From the NCBI GenBank assembly GCA_001275005.1, contig JWZX01003342.1, forward strand, positions 1-55,003: a stretch of 55,003 nt of DNA. Reading direction: 5' to 3'. The number at the start of each line of letters is the position of its first letter. Positions within the stretch are counted from its first letter, which is position 1. This document shows positions 33,701 to 45,735 of this stretch, one piece after another. The notes under the pieces were generated by a model. It had not been told where the DNA came from, did not search any database, and saw nothing but the letters and a program-made list of their open reading frames with translations. A program made the translations under genes and the position numbers. This DNA comes from Chrysochromulina tobinii. Its lineage: Eukaryota.

Positions 33701-34097
33701 CTTCACTGTAAAGGCCGACAAACCCTCTGGCCGCCTCTCAACGCTGCAGGTGCCTGACAAGCAGCCCACAATGCACGAGGAGTACGAGCTGCTCCTCATC
33801 GCCGAGGACAAGTTCTCGAATAAGCTCGACCGCGGCGGTGCCAACGTGCAGGCGCGCGCGCTCGGGCCCTCTGTGACCAACGCGGCGACTTCCACGGACT
33901 ACAATAACGGTACCTATGGCATCAAGTTCACCGCCGGGGCGGTGGGCGAGTACCGCGTGGAGGTGCGCTTGGACAACGTCAAGATCAAGGGCTCGCCGCA
34001 CGTGATCCTCTTCACCGGCAAGAAGGGCGATGAGGGCGTGAAGACCACGGCTGCCGCAGCGAGCGACGCCGACATGCACGATCTATCTGATCCTTGA
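30722..34097 (+). CDS. Filamin/ABP280 Ig-repeat protein with an SH3b-like segment; intron 30862-30958
   Basis: Exon 1 MGKGKKSDVQ...MASGEG joins in frame to LYTAMSKHKASFEITAYD. Repeated DNNDGSYSVEY...GSPF motifs (about 6 units). PLYVRETQDLESKRIGEVAPGTLV is SH3b-like. Confidence 0.88.
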
Positions 34098-34246
34098 GAG
34101 GGACGGGATCCCGGCTGATCATCAAACAACACATGCACAAAATCGCACAAAACATGTTTCGAAGCTTGGGCATGTTGAGAAATACAAACGGATACAATAC
34201 CAAAAGAGTGTTTATTAATTAACGTTCCCGGGTTTTCGACCGTTGA

Positions 34247-35567
34247 ATGTTTTTGGCACGAATGGGAAGGCCCTGCCCAATGGATAAGACCTCTCCAAAG
34301 TTCGAGTCGTCTCGACGTGACGACCTTGCCGTCGCACGCAAAGCGATGCGCAAGGTACCCGTCCCGTTTAGTCTGCTCGCACTGCCAGACGAGGTCATCG
34401 ATATTGTCCTATGGAAGTGTTCTCATAGCTCCATCGCAGCAATCGGATCTACCTGCTGCCGGTTGAAATCAGCGGCACACAAGCTCTTCGACGACGAGCA
34501 CTGGGTTGTATCGCGCGTGCCCTTGCACCTTCTTCTGCATATGGGGACACCCGCCAGTGACGCCTTGGCAGCGAAGCGGCTCGAGGCTCATCCAGATGAG
34601 GCTGCCTCGCTCATTGACCCGTCTGCATATGGTGGCGAGGGTAGGGGCCTTCCACTGCACCTCGCGCTCGATACTCGAAGCGGCTCGACCGCGCTCCTCC
34701 TCGCCCTCATTCGAGCACATCCTACCGCCGTCTTCGAACGCTGCACCGACTTCTCGATGCTCCCCCTCGAGCATGCGGCAGAGCGTCGAGTTGCTCCGGA
34801 GGTCATCTTCGCGCTCATGGAAGCTCACCTAGAGCAGCAAGCGCCCCTCGTCGACGGCAGCGCGATGCTCACGCCGCTGACCGCGCTGCACCTAGCGGTG
34901 ATCAACGGCGCAAGCGATCGCATCGTGCGCGCACTGCTCCGTGCGGCTCCCGAGGCGGCAGACTTGTGGGGTTGTGAGAATGCGCACGATGACGAGTTTA
35001 CCGACTTATCGCTTTTGCATCTTGCGGCCGTGTACGGGCCCAAGTGCGGGCGCAAGGCCGCCGCGCTGGTGCACGCTCTGTGCGTGAGCAGCCCGCGCGC
35101 CGCCTCCACGCGTGAGGGGCGGCACGGCATGCTCCCTCTTCACTTGGCAGCGCTCTCCGGGGCGCGCGTCGAGACAATCAAGTCAATCTGGGCCGCGTGC
35201 CCTGACGCACTGCGTCTGGCGGACGACCATGGGCGCACGCCACTCGACTGTGCAAGGGCGTACGCGTCGGCTTGCTCGGGGTCGGGGGTCGGGGCTCTTG
35301 GGTCAGCCACGCCCGGACCAGGCTACACGTATCGCAAGTATGCCGGCCTCAATACGCAGACGCTGGAGCGGCTGGCATATCGCGAGACGACCGAGCACGC
35401 GGTGGAGGTAGTCGCGTGGCTTGGAGGCGCTCGTGCACCTAGATGAGCTCGTGATGAGCTCGCTCACGGAGCACGAGCCTGTGCGGACGTGGCGTTACAG
35501 CTACGCCGAGGGCTCCTATGGCCAGGTGCTGCAGGAGGAGGTGGGAGCACGGGAGGCGGTAAATTGA
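34247..35567 (+). CDS. F-box plus ankyrin-repeat protein (ORF stop 35446; likely extends to 35567 across a +1 indel near 35423)
   Basis: F-box SLLALPDEVIDIVLWK...IGSTCCRL. Ankyrin motifs GLPLHLAL, MLPLEHAA, TALHLAV, GMLPLHLAA, GRTPLDCA. Confidence 0.85.
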
Positions 35568-35930
35568 TGAAGTTCGTTCTGAGTCTCGACCCGTCCCAGG
35601 TGTCGTAGCACTTGGGTTAGCGAGAGTCTATTATTATGACATGATCACAAACAAACTTTGAGAGTATGGACGTGCCTATAGCGCACGCACATCCCCCTCT
35701 GCCTCTCCCCGCGCTCAGCCCGCGCCCATGGCCGCGCCGCGCTCTTGCCTCTTCCATCGCACCGCTCCGGTCGCTTACACCTCCACCCGACAGTGCTAAG
35801 GGCGGAGTCACACGTCAACAGGGTCAGGGACAGTCACACGGAACAACTCCGCAACATTGCCTTCTATACAGATGTAGCCATCATGATGCTCCGGGAAAGA
35901 TACGCCCTCTGAGCTATATTGATACATCGA

Positions 35931-38895
35931 TCAAATATCTTGAGTGATATCACGACGCGGCGAGTGTCGCCTCGTCATCAGCTCAGGCATGAACTCAGCC
36001 AGGTCCATCCGAGGGGTCAGAGGCTCGAAGGTGCGCGGGGTTGGGGGCCGTGGAGCGTCCACGGCGCGAGGCGTGTAGGGTTGGCTCTCCGATCCTGGCT
36101 CCCATCCGAACTTGTAACCTGCCGCCATCGGCCCAATCGAGGTGCCCGGCCTCGGCGGGTGTTTCGGTGATTGGCTTCGCGGAGCACGTGGCTGTTTGGT
36201 CTTGGTTTCTGCGACGCGCTGACGTACGTCAGCTTCGCTCAGGGCAGCACCCTCGATTGCCTTCGTCAGCTTCATGAGGCGGCGCTCGCGCGACGAGGGC
36301 AGCATCAGGCGGTCGCTGAGGTTCCCCATGAGCATCTCTGCCGCGAGCTCCGCCATCGACTTGCGCATCGGGCCGACTCTTGCGCTGACGCGGGAATCGA
36401 CCTCTTTGTCGAAAGCCGCCCGCTGCTCTTTGAGCAAGGCTTCTCTCCGCCTCTTCTCTTGCTTCTTCAGCACCTTCTCCACTCTCTCCTTCTCCCTCTC
36501 CCTCTCCTGCGCGAGCGCCTCTTCCAGCCTCTTATTCGCACTCTTCTCCTGCCTCACTTTCATCTGAAGCAAAGAAGCAAGAGGGAAGCCAAGGCACGGT
36601 AAGGCCAGGGGGAGAAGCGCATGGTGGGTGGGCGTAGGAACAGGGCAAGTTTGGTGGAGACCCGGGTATAGAGACGGGACCGTGGACACGGCCGGGCCCG
36701 TCAGGATCGCACCTTCTCCTCCTCCTCCATGATCTTCGACACGCATATCTGCTTATACTCCTCAAAGTCGATGGAGCCCGTCTTGTCTCTGTCGGATTCG
36801 CGGAAAATTTGCTCGAGCGTCTTGTCCGCTGCATCCGGAATCAACTGGCGTGCGAGTCTCTTGAACTCCTTCAGCGAGAGTTCGCCGCTTTCGTCGGCAT
36901 CGATTTCGCGAAACATTTTGATCTTGTCCAAGTCATCTTCGCTTGCCTTTGCCTGAGTCATGCACACGCGTGCGTCCACTTCGACGACCGTAGTTGAGCC
37001 TTCGACCTTGATACCGCGCACCTCCAAGGCCGTCAACGGGGGGAAGCAGATTTCTGCTTCGTAAGGGTACTGAGAGAAGACGGACAGGTCGGCACCTGCC
37101 AGGGTTGCGCGAGTCGAGAGCCGCGGCGGACGCTCGGCGCGAAGTACGGTACGAAAGGCGCATCGCGCTAAGGGGATAGTCTAGAACTACCCCTTTCAAC
37201 GCGCCATGGCATCTGGCTAGCGATGGGCTCATACCCTTGTCGACCAGACCCATAAACATTTCGAAGACCAGGCCGTTGCTGCCTCTGGCGTAGAAGTAGG
37301 CGACTTCACGGTTGGTCGTGGTGCTCATGAAGCCAAGCTCGACGCCGCCGCGGAAATTGTCCTGGGCGTCGGGCGCGAGGAACTTTTCAGGGAGCATGCC
37401 GCCCGAGACGCCGCGGTAGACATTACAAGAAGGGCTCAAGCCCGAGAGGGTGGTGATCGCATTGTTGATCGTGTGCAGGGTCGTGCTGTACATGTTGCCT
37501 AGGCACAGCTTGTCTCGACACGAGATGAAGAATGGCTGGCCGGTCGCGGCGCGCAGTACTCCGTTGTCTGTGTGACAGTAGATGAGACAAGAGCGCATGG
37601 TGACGACGAGATGCTTTCCTTCGGGTTCGAGATGTGCATGTGGTGTGCATCGAGGAGTGCGTGGGCAGGCTCGCGCAGCGCAGTCGTGGGTGCAGGAGAG
37701 CGCGCGCGTACGCACATTTGACAAACAAAGGGCCCGTATAGAGACGCGCGGCGATGAACAAGTCGCTTGTCAAGTATTGGTTCATGGGCTTGAGGCGTTC
37801 GTTGATCTCTTCGATTTTCTCACGGAAGGTATCCGGATGAAGAGGCTGGCGCATCTGGCTGCGAGATTTCTTGTCCTTGAGCAGCTTCGACTCTTGCGGC
37901 CATGTCTTGAGACCCAAATGTGCCATCTTCTGGGGCGTTGGCTCGACTACAAACCACCACTCGTAAGTCGATGTCGTCACCGTGCCGTAATTTCCAACCT
38001 CGAACGAAGCCTTCGCGTCAGGGCCTTTTGTATGCTCTTTGGTCATGCGCGCACGAACCGAGATCGGATCCATGGGACCCACCAACTTCTCCAGTCCGCC
38101 AAAGAAGTCGTTGCGGTCGCCAAAGTTGAGCACGAAAGTGCGCCCCTGTCCCGCGCCCGCATCGTCGAAGAACTTGCCCCCGACCTTTCCTTCCTTGTCT
38201 CCCTTTTGCTCTTCGAAGAGCTCCTGGTAGATAACCTTCGATTCCTCGACGACCTTTCCGGCGATGCGTGGCAAGCACGACTCGAGGAGCTCTGCCACGA
38301 TGGTGTGACCATCCTCGCTGCTGATTTGGCCGAGGTGTGAGATGATACCGCGCTCAAACCTGGGGTCATTCGACTTCTTTCGAAGCTCCTCACATAGGCT
38401 ATTGGAGATGAACGTGGTCAGCTGCAGCGAGTCGAGCCACTCCTCGACGGTCCACTTGGACTCGACAGTTTCATCCTTGCCGGCTTGAGCCTCTGTCAGG
38501 CTTTTCATGACGGTGGCGACCGTTCGCTCAACCATGTCCCTGGCGACTACCTGTGCGCGGGCCTTGCGCATCGCCTTGACCTTTTCTTTCTTGTAAGCAT
38601 CCATGTATTTGGTGCGCTCCATCAGCAGCCGTTCGACGGTGCCCTTTGGCCATATCGTCATACCCGTGTCTGAAATTTTGCCGCCATACTCACGCATTGC
38701 CAATTTTGCCGATTCTTCGCTCCATGGCACCACGCGCCTTCCACCAATACTGATACCTGACGACATGATGCCGTCAATCTCCTCGTCCATCTCCGCCTGA
38801 AGTTGCTTCCTAATTTTGCGAGCCTGCATTGCCCTCGTAAACCTCTGGACGCAGGTCGCCGCGGCATTGACCCTGAAAACAAGGGAGTCGTCCAT
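35931..38895 (-). CDS. R-S-E clade ADP-ribosyltransferase-domain protein with IQ motif, EF-hand pair and coiled coil; introns 37568-37715, 37096-37234, 36564-36712
   Basis: After splicing: RLYTGPLFVK|YNGVLR, VYRGVSGG, GFMSTTTNREVA, DKG|ADLSVFSQYPYEAEICFPP. EF loops DADESGELSLKE and DRDKTGSIDFEE. IQ-like AATCVQRFTRAMQARK. Confidence 0.87.
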
Positions 38896-39351
38896 CCTGC
38901 AGCCTTCTCCGGCTCTGCGGCCGCCACCTCCGGCTTGAACGCCCGATGCAACGCGCGGGACGCGAAAAGAAAGAGTTTCCACTCCAAACGAAACAAACCC
39001 CTGCGCGCGGGCGCGCTTTGCGAGCCACGACAACCAACTCGACAACCCGCGCAGGCAGAGTTGTGGTGCGAGCGGTCGGATTTGGGTTTCCAACATCACC
39101 TTCTTCTTACACGACACGTTTACTCAGCGTTTCAGACGAGACCTTTCATCCCGTGCGCCACGTCATGGTTACATGGATTTTTCAGCAGGCATGTTTAGCA
39201 ATTTACCGACATTCACATGCGAATTTCCTCTACAAACGCTCGAGCGGGCCGAAAGACCACAAAGCCTCCCCTCTGTCCCCGGGCAGACACCATCATCACC
39301 CACACACGTCCCGCGCAGGTCACTCCGCAGTCGCTGCCGTGCAGCTGCGAG

Positions 39352-39456
39352 CACAAGGAGGAGCTGGAGGTGCATGACGAGGCCAACGCCAAGTCTGGCA
39401 ACAAGGCCTGGCTGAGTCGACGGCTGCACGCTGCGATCGTGCGTGAGCAGCAGTAG
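39352..39456 (+). pseudogene. Orphan SAP-motif-like coding fragment
   Basis: KEELEVHDEANAKSGNKAWLSRRLHAAIVREQQ* resembles the SAP consensus but has no credible upstream ORF. Confidence 0.35.
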
Positions 39457-39757
39457 AGGCGTCAGGTGATCCTGAGTGAGAGCTCAGAGCTGAGTTGCTC
39501 ACCTTGCACACCTCATTGCCATTCTCGAGCACACTCAGCGAGTCAGAGCCCGCAGCCAATTACCGCGTCGCATGGGCATGCAAGCACATCGAGATGAGCA
39601 CATCATAAAGTGTACCCCTGTTCCGCCAGGGCCGCCGCCGCCATGTTTACCCGCATCTCTCATTCTTAGGTCTGCATGCGCCACGCCGTCCTCGGGACTC
39701 CGTGCCCCCCCAGCGGCGGATGCATGCGCCACGCTGTCCTCGGGACTCCGTGCCCCC

Positions 39758-42700
39758 TCAGCGGCGGATGGCCGCCTCGATCATTTGCGCGAACATCTCC
39801 TCGCGCGAGCGTACACGCGGCGCGTCCGAGGCCCTTGCCTTCACGAAGTAAGGCAGCTGCCGTCTGTTGGGGCCGTCAACGACCCAGGTGCCGTCCCACT
39901 CGACGCCGTGATCGTTCTCAACGATGGCGTCAGCCACCTTGCGAGCTTTCTCGTCGCTCACCCACGGCTGTGCCACGTCAATGTCCAGATATGCCTCGAT
40001 TGCGTCGAAGCATCGGCTCAGCTCATCCTGCAGCATAGCCGAGTTCTCCTTGCGCGCATTGCCGTCTGCCTTGTACGGCCTGACACCTTGCAGGTTGGCA
40101 ACTGCCGCGTGGAGCGCATCGATGAGACCACAGGTGACCCACCGATCGCGCCCTTCGCTGTCGCAAAGCAGCTGCCCGCGGAGGACCCTCTTATTGAGCG
40201 CCTCTTGCGTCATGCGCTTCTCCTCGAGGGCTGCCTCGCAGCCGGCGCGCACGAGAGTGAGCGCCGCGCGCAGCGGCTCTAGCTGCCGGCTCTCCTCATG
40301 AGTCGCAAGTAGCAGGCGCACGAGCGCCGCCGGGTTCCGACGGAGGGGTCGACAGCCCGGGTCCTTCTGGCGCAGCTTCGAGATGAGCGCGATGGTCTCA
40401 TCGTGCGCTTCGCTGTCTGGGGAGGCGTACGGGATGGTCACGCACGCGTCGCCGCCCCATGCGACCACACCGCGCATCTCGAGCCGAGGCTGGGCGGCCT
40501 GATACGGCTCGAATTCCTCGTTGGCGGCACGCTCGACGGCCGCATTGTCAGGCAGCGCGCCATCGTAGGGGGCGTTTTGCCCGACTCTCGGCTCAGTCCA
40601 CACAATGGGCTTCGCGATCCGCACGCTCAGGCGCAGCATGAACGGGGCGCGGGCTGTGCTCTGATCGCCGCTGAGCGCGAGCGGCTCGCCGGGCAGCGGC
40701 GGGTGGATGTGGGCGAGCAGCCATTGCGGCAGCTTTCTTCCCGGGTCGGCGGCGAGCGCACCCGCGGCCGCGGCCGTTCCAATCGTGTAATCGAGGCGCT
40801 CGCAGTCGTGGCGGAGCACATGGCGGAGCCGCAGCCACTCGCAATGAGACTCACCTCCCTCGCCCGCCTCCGCCCCGGCACCATCGGTCATCATGTCCAT
40901 GCCCGTCGGTCCGGCTAGCAGGGGTCTGCCGCCGCTGGCTGCGTGCTCGTCGAGCCGCACGCACTGATATGCGAGACGGTACGCGACCAGCGCCACGCCG
41001 CTGAACGGCGCCGCGCCGGGCGCACGGGGGCGCGCGAATGGCTCGTCCTGTGTCACGGCGAATGCATGCAACTGTGTAACGGCGAATGCATGCAACTCAT
41101 CGGTATACGCGAGCCCAAGGTCGGTGGCGACGTCCATTACGCCAGGTGGCACGAGGCTGTCGAGGCTGTCGATGCGCAGCAGTCGCTCGAGCACGGCCGC
41201 GGCCTCGGCAGTAGTGGTGTCGCCGCGCGCATTCAGCGGGTGGGGGAGCGCCTCGAGCGCTGCGTCGTGCATCTCGGGGCTCGTCGCCGCGAGCAGGCAC
41301 GCGCGGCCCCGGGCAAGGGCCCGCCGCTGGCGCAGCGTGTGCAGTTGCCGAGGGGCCCACTCGCCGCACGTCTCGGGACTGCTCACCTCGCGCTCGAGGC
41401 GCTTGCACATATCATGCACGCTCTCCTGCGCACTCCAGATGTCCGAGCTGGTCGCGCCCATGCCCGCGTCGTAGAGCACCTCCGAGCAGGGCGGCACACC
41501 GCGAGAAGCGGTGGCAGCGCCGCGCTCGTCCTGGCGCACCAGCTCGCCGCGCTCGTCCAGGTCCACCGGCTCGCCCTGCCGATGCTCGTTCAGCGCAGCG
41601 ACCAGCTTCAGCGCAGCGTCGAGCCGTGCTGCTCGATTAGGAATGCGCTCGCATACGAAGCGCCGTGTCGGGCTCTCGACCAGCTCGAGTGCGCCGATGG
41701 CGGCGCCGAGCGCGTCGACGAGCGCCTCGAGCACGAGCAGCGTCTCCGCATGCACGCGCCGCCGGCCATCCACCTCGCTCTCGCCGGCCGGCTGGATGCC
41801 GCCTTCGATGCGCTCGCGCCATTCGGCCTCGAGCCGCCCGGCCAGCTCGAACTGACAGCCAGCGGCCCGTTGGTACTGCTTGCCTCGGATGCGCAGTGCG
41901 TAGGCGACCTCGTAAGCACTAGGCGGCACCATGGTCGTCGTGCCAGGCGCGGCAGGCGTGCCGGTGATGAGGGCCTCCGCCGCTTTGGCAGCGGCGGTGC
42001 AGGCGGCCTCGAGGGGGAGGGTCGTGGGCAGCACGGCAGTGCCGCGGGCGTGCTCAAGCAGGAGCTCGTGCACCTGTCATCAGGGGTGATCAGGGGTGAT
42101 CAGCGGTCATCAGCGGTCATCAGTGGTCATCAGTGGTCATCAGGGGTCATCAGGGGTCATCAGATGCTTATCAGGAGCTCGTGCACCTCCTCCTCGAGCG
42201 ACAGCGCCGTCCCGTGAGCGGTGTTCCCATCAAGCATGGGGTCGGCGTCGAGCGAGGCAGCGCGATGAGACGTGAGCGACGCGAGCAAGTGCAGAGCGCC
42301 ACGTGGCTTGTGTGCGCCGAGCGAGGGCGGCGAGTGCAGCGTCGAGATGAGCGATCGCAGGCATGCCTGCTTCCGCTCGCGGAAGGCGCCTCGAGGCCCT
42401 TCGCGCTCCTCGAGCTTCTCGAGCCTCTCGAGCGTCTCGATGATCTCGAATGCCCTTTTGATTTGGCCGAGCGCCAGGTGGGACGTGAACACGAGCGTGG
42501 CGAGCGAGGCGCATTGCGCGGGAGCGTGCCAGCGCACTGTCGCTTTGCGCTCGACGAGTTCGACGAGCGTCGCTTGCGAGAAGCGCACCACCAGATCGTC
42601 CTGCCCTTCGGCCTTGAACACGCGCCACACTGCCGCCGCGAATTGGAATAAGTGCCAGTCGAACAGAGCGTCTTCGCCCACAGGCTGGCCCACCTCAGAT

Positions 42701-45639
42701 CGCACCTCTGCAAAGCCCCCCGCGAGCAGCAAGCCCCGCAGCACGTTGGCGCGCGAATCGCAGCGCTCCACAGCAAGGCGGAAGAGCTCGGCGGACGCTT
42801 CATATCGGCGCGAGTTCAAGGAGGCCATCGCCGCATACAGCGTGTGCACGGGCGAGGGCGAGCATAGCACACGCAGGTAGGCGGCGAGTGGACGCCACAG
42901 CTTGGCATCGTAGAGGATTGAGGCGAGGGACGGCGGCCAATTGCCGCTGCTGCCGTCGACAGTTGGGCCGTCACCGTGTGCGATCGACACGTCGCGCAGG
43001 GCGAGCGTCAAGAGCGCCGCGACGCAAGGCGACGCGTCCGAGAGCGGCAGGCCGGGGTTTTCAGGTAGAGGCGCTGCCCGGAGCAGCTGCTCGAGGGCGG
43101 AGCTCGCGAGGCCGGCCGAGGTGGACGGCGTGGCGACGGCGAGCCGATGCAGCAGCTCCGCGGCCACGACGAGGCGCGACGCGGGATTCATAAGAGACGA
43201 CAGATTGGGCGCCGCGAGCGAGCCCTGCCGCTGCACGAGCCGCATCGAAAGCAGGGCGGCACGAGCGAGCTTCGAGAGACGCGTCGCCCCGTGTGCCGCC
43301 GCCGCGTTGAGAAAGGGTGCAAGAGCGTGCGCGGCCGCGACCGCTGCTGGCTCCGCGCTCAGGCTCCAGCGCTCGCGCATCTTGCGCGCCCACTCATCCG
43401 CCGCCCACGGGCCTGGCGCGGGCGCTTGTGCGAGCATCCTCAGCAGCGCATCGCAGGCGTTGAACTGCGCGGTGGCGTTGCCCAAGGCGTGCCATTCCTG
43501 TGGAAGCACGAGGGCTGCGGGCGCTAGGGCGGCGGCCGCATCGAGCGCCTCGTCCGCCGCACTCAGCGCGCACGCAGCCGTCGACGCCGCCGGGATCAGG
43601 ACGCGCCGCGCCCACGCGCCGCCCGCCCAGCCGCACGCGTTGAGCACGCGGTCGCCAATCCCGAGGAAGATGCCCTCCTCGACGGTGCTCGGTGCGCGCT
43701 GCAAGAGCAGCATGCGCGCCGTCGTGAGCAGCGCCGTCGTGGGCGCGCCGTCGTGGGCGCCCACACGGGCGTGCGCGAGGGCGCCGATGGCGAGGAGCGC
43801 ATACGGGTCGGCGCGCCTTTGGGCCGCCACGTGGACAAGTGACTCGCCCAGCTGCCCCTCGACGTCGTTGAAGTTGGCACGCGCGCTCGCCGAGACAGCA
43901 GCGGCGGCCTCGAGCTGCGCCACTCGCGCCTCGAAACCAGCCCGAAGCGAGGGGGCATCGGGGAGCCGTCGCGAGGGAGCATCGGGGAGCAGCGCGTGGC
44001 GGGCCTCCTCGAGGTGGCGAGAGGCGAAGCGCACGGGGCGGCTCAGTCGGCCGAGCCACCAGTCCATGGCAGAGCACAACGGCGCGTCCGCAGATGAGAC
44101 GCCGCCCGTCGCATCCTCCGTCGCGAGCTCGAGCTCATAGTCGGATTCGCAGCACACGCGTTGCCACGCGCTGCCATTGGCGGACACTTCCCGACTGAAG
44201 AGCGCCCCTAGGCCGTCGCCGGCCTTACAGTACGCCCATACAGTGAGGCGCAAAGGTGCGGTCGGCGTGGCGCTCTCGGCGGATAACATCGCGAGGCGGA
44301 GAAGCTGCCCCGAGGGCGCGTGCGGGTAGGCGGCGCCCGGGGGAGCGAGGGAGGTCCAGCCGTGCGCGAGCGCGTTCGCGGCGACGCGAGGGTCGCGCGC
44401 ATCGACGGCGGCGATCAGGACCTCAACGCGCTCATGTGGATGAAGGCGCTCGAGGCCGACGGCGACGCTCAGAGTGGACCCTCGCACGCAAGCGGCGAGC
44501 AGAGCCCCTCCGAGCAGCTCGACGCCGCCGCCGGCGACGGCCGCGGGCCCAAGACGCTCGCCGAGAGGCACGGACTGGAGCAGCTGCGGCGCGCCGGCGA
44601 CGCCGTCCTGAGCGCCGGGCATGCCGAGGGCCCAGATTCGCAGCAGGCCGGCGCGTGTGAGGGTGAGGGCGCACGAGTGCCCGGAGAGCAGCCGCACGAG
44701 TGCGAGTGCGGCGATGAGCTCCTGCGGCGGCGCACGTGGCGCGACGCGCTCATCGAGCCCAATCTTGCCAGCCACCGAGCCGAAAATCGAGGTGAGCAGC
44801 CTTTCGACAGGCCTCTCGTCGATGGGCAGCTGCGACGGGCAAGGGGCGTGGGTGAGAGTCGTGGGGAGAGAGGCGTGGGGAGAGCTGCATGGGGTGAGAG
44901 GCTTGGGGTGAGAGGCTTGGGGTGAGAGGCTTGACGAGCGGGGAAGCGCGTGCATATGCGTCCACGTGGCGCATACCGGATCCTCTTCGGAGTCGATGGA
45001 AAGGCGATCGAAGTCGAGCAGGAGCGTCACCTGTATCGCGTGCGCCGCCTCGCCGGCGAGCAGCATCGACGTGCGCCACATGCGCTCGCCGACGCGCTCG
45101 ACGAGGTCATCGAAGGCGCCGGTGCGCGCAGCGCCGAGCGACTTGCCCACAGGCTCGATGTAAGTCTTCTCCCGCTTAGAGACGAGGATTGTGGGGTCGC
45201 GGGCAAACCACGAGTCGTGGAGCGTCACCGCGCCCCGCACGAGCCCTCGATCGGGCGGCAGCTCGAAGTGCAGGACGCAGACGAAGATGCCGCCGGGTGG
45301 TGGGGCGTGCATCGCAAACAAGATCAGCAGCGCGTCGTTATTGAGCTGCGCGACGCCGACGGCGGGGAGCAGCCCGCTCGGGAAGCTGACGCGGAGCGCT
45401 GCGTCGCGCAGCTCTACGCCCGGCAGCAGGCTCGTCTCGCTCAGCTCCAGGTTGGAGCGCGCGATGCGCCAGCACACCTGCGTGTACACGGGCACGCCCG
45501 CGCACAGGCGCCTGACCTCCCAGACGCCGCCCGCCGAGGCGTCCGAGGGTGCGGCACCACCTGGGAGGTCGTCGGACGAGATGTCAAAAGATCTCGACGA
45601 GATGTCAAAGTCGTGGGTGGCCACGGTGTGACCTTGCAT
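39758..45639 (-). CDS. NUP160: Nucleoporin Nup160-like; introns 44830-44976 and 42074-42186
   Basis: N-terminal VCWRIARSNLELSETSLLPGVELRDAALRVSFPSGLLP and LLRIW beta-propeller motifs. C-terminal YEVAYALRIRGKQYQRAAGCQFELAGRL, LPQWLL, PAALVRLLL resemble Nup160 conserved blocks. About 1870 aa. Confidence 0.78.
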
Positions 45640-45735
45640 TGGGCTCGCGCCGCGGGACACGACGGAGCGCGCTGTGATTAGAGCTGTGAACAGCGAACTT
45701 TCTCGGCGTTAGTAAACCTCCTCAGTGCTACTACG

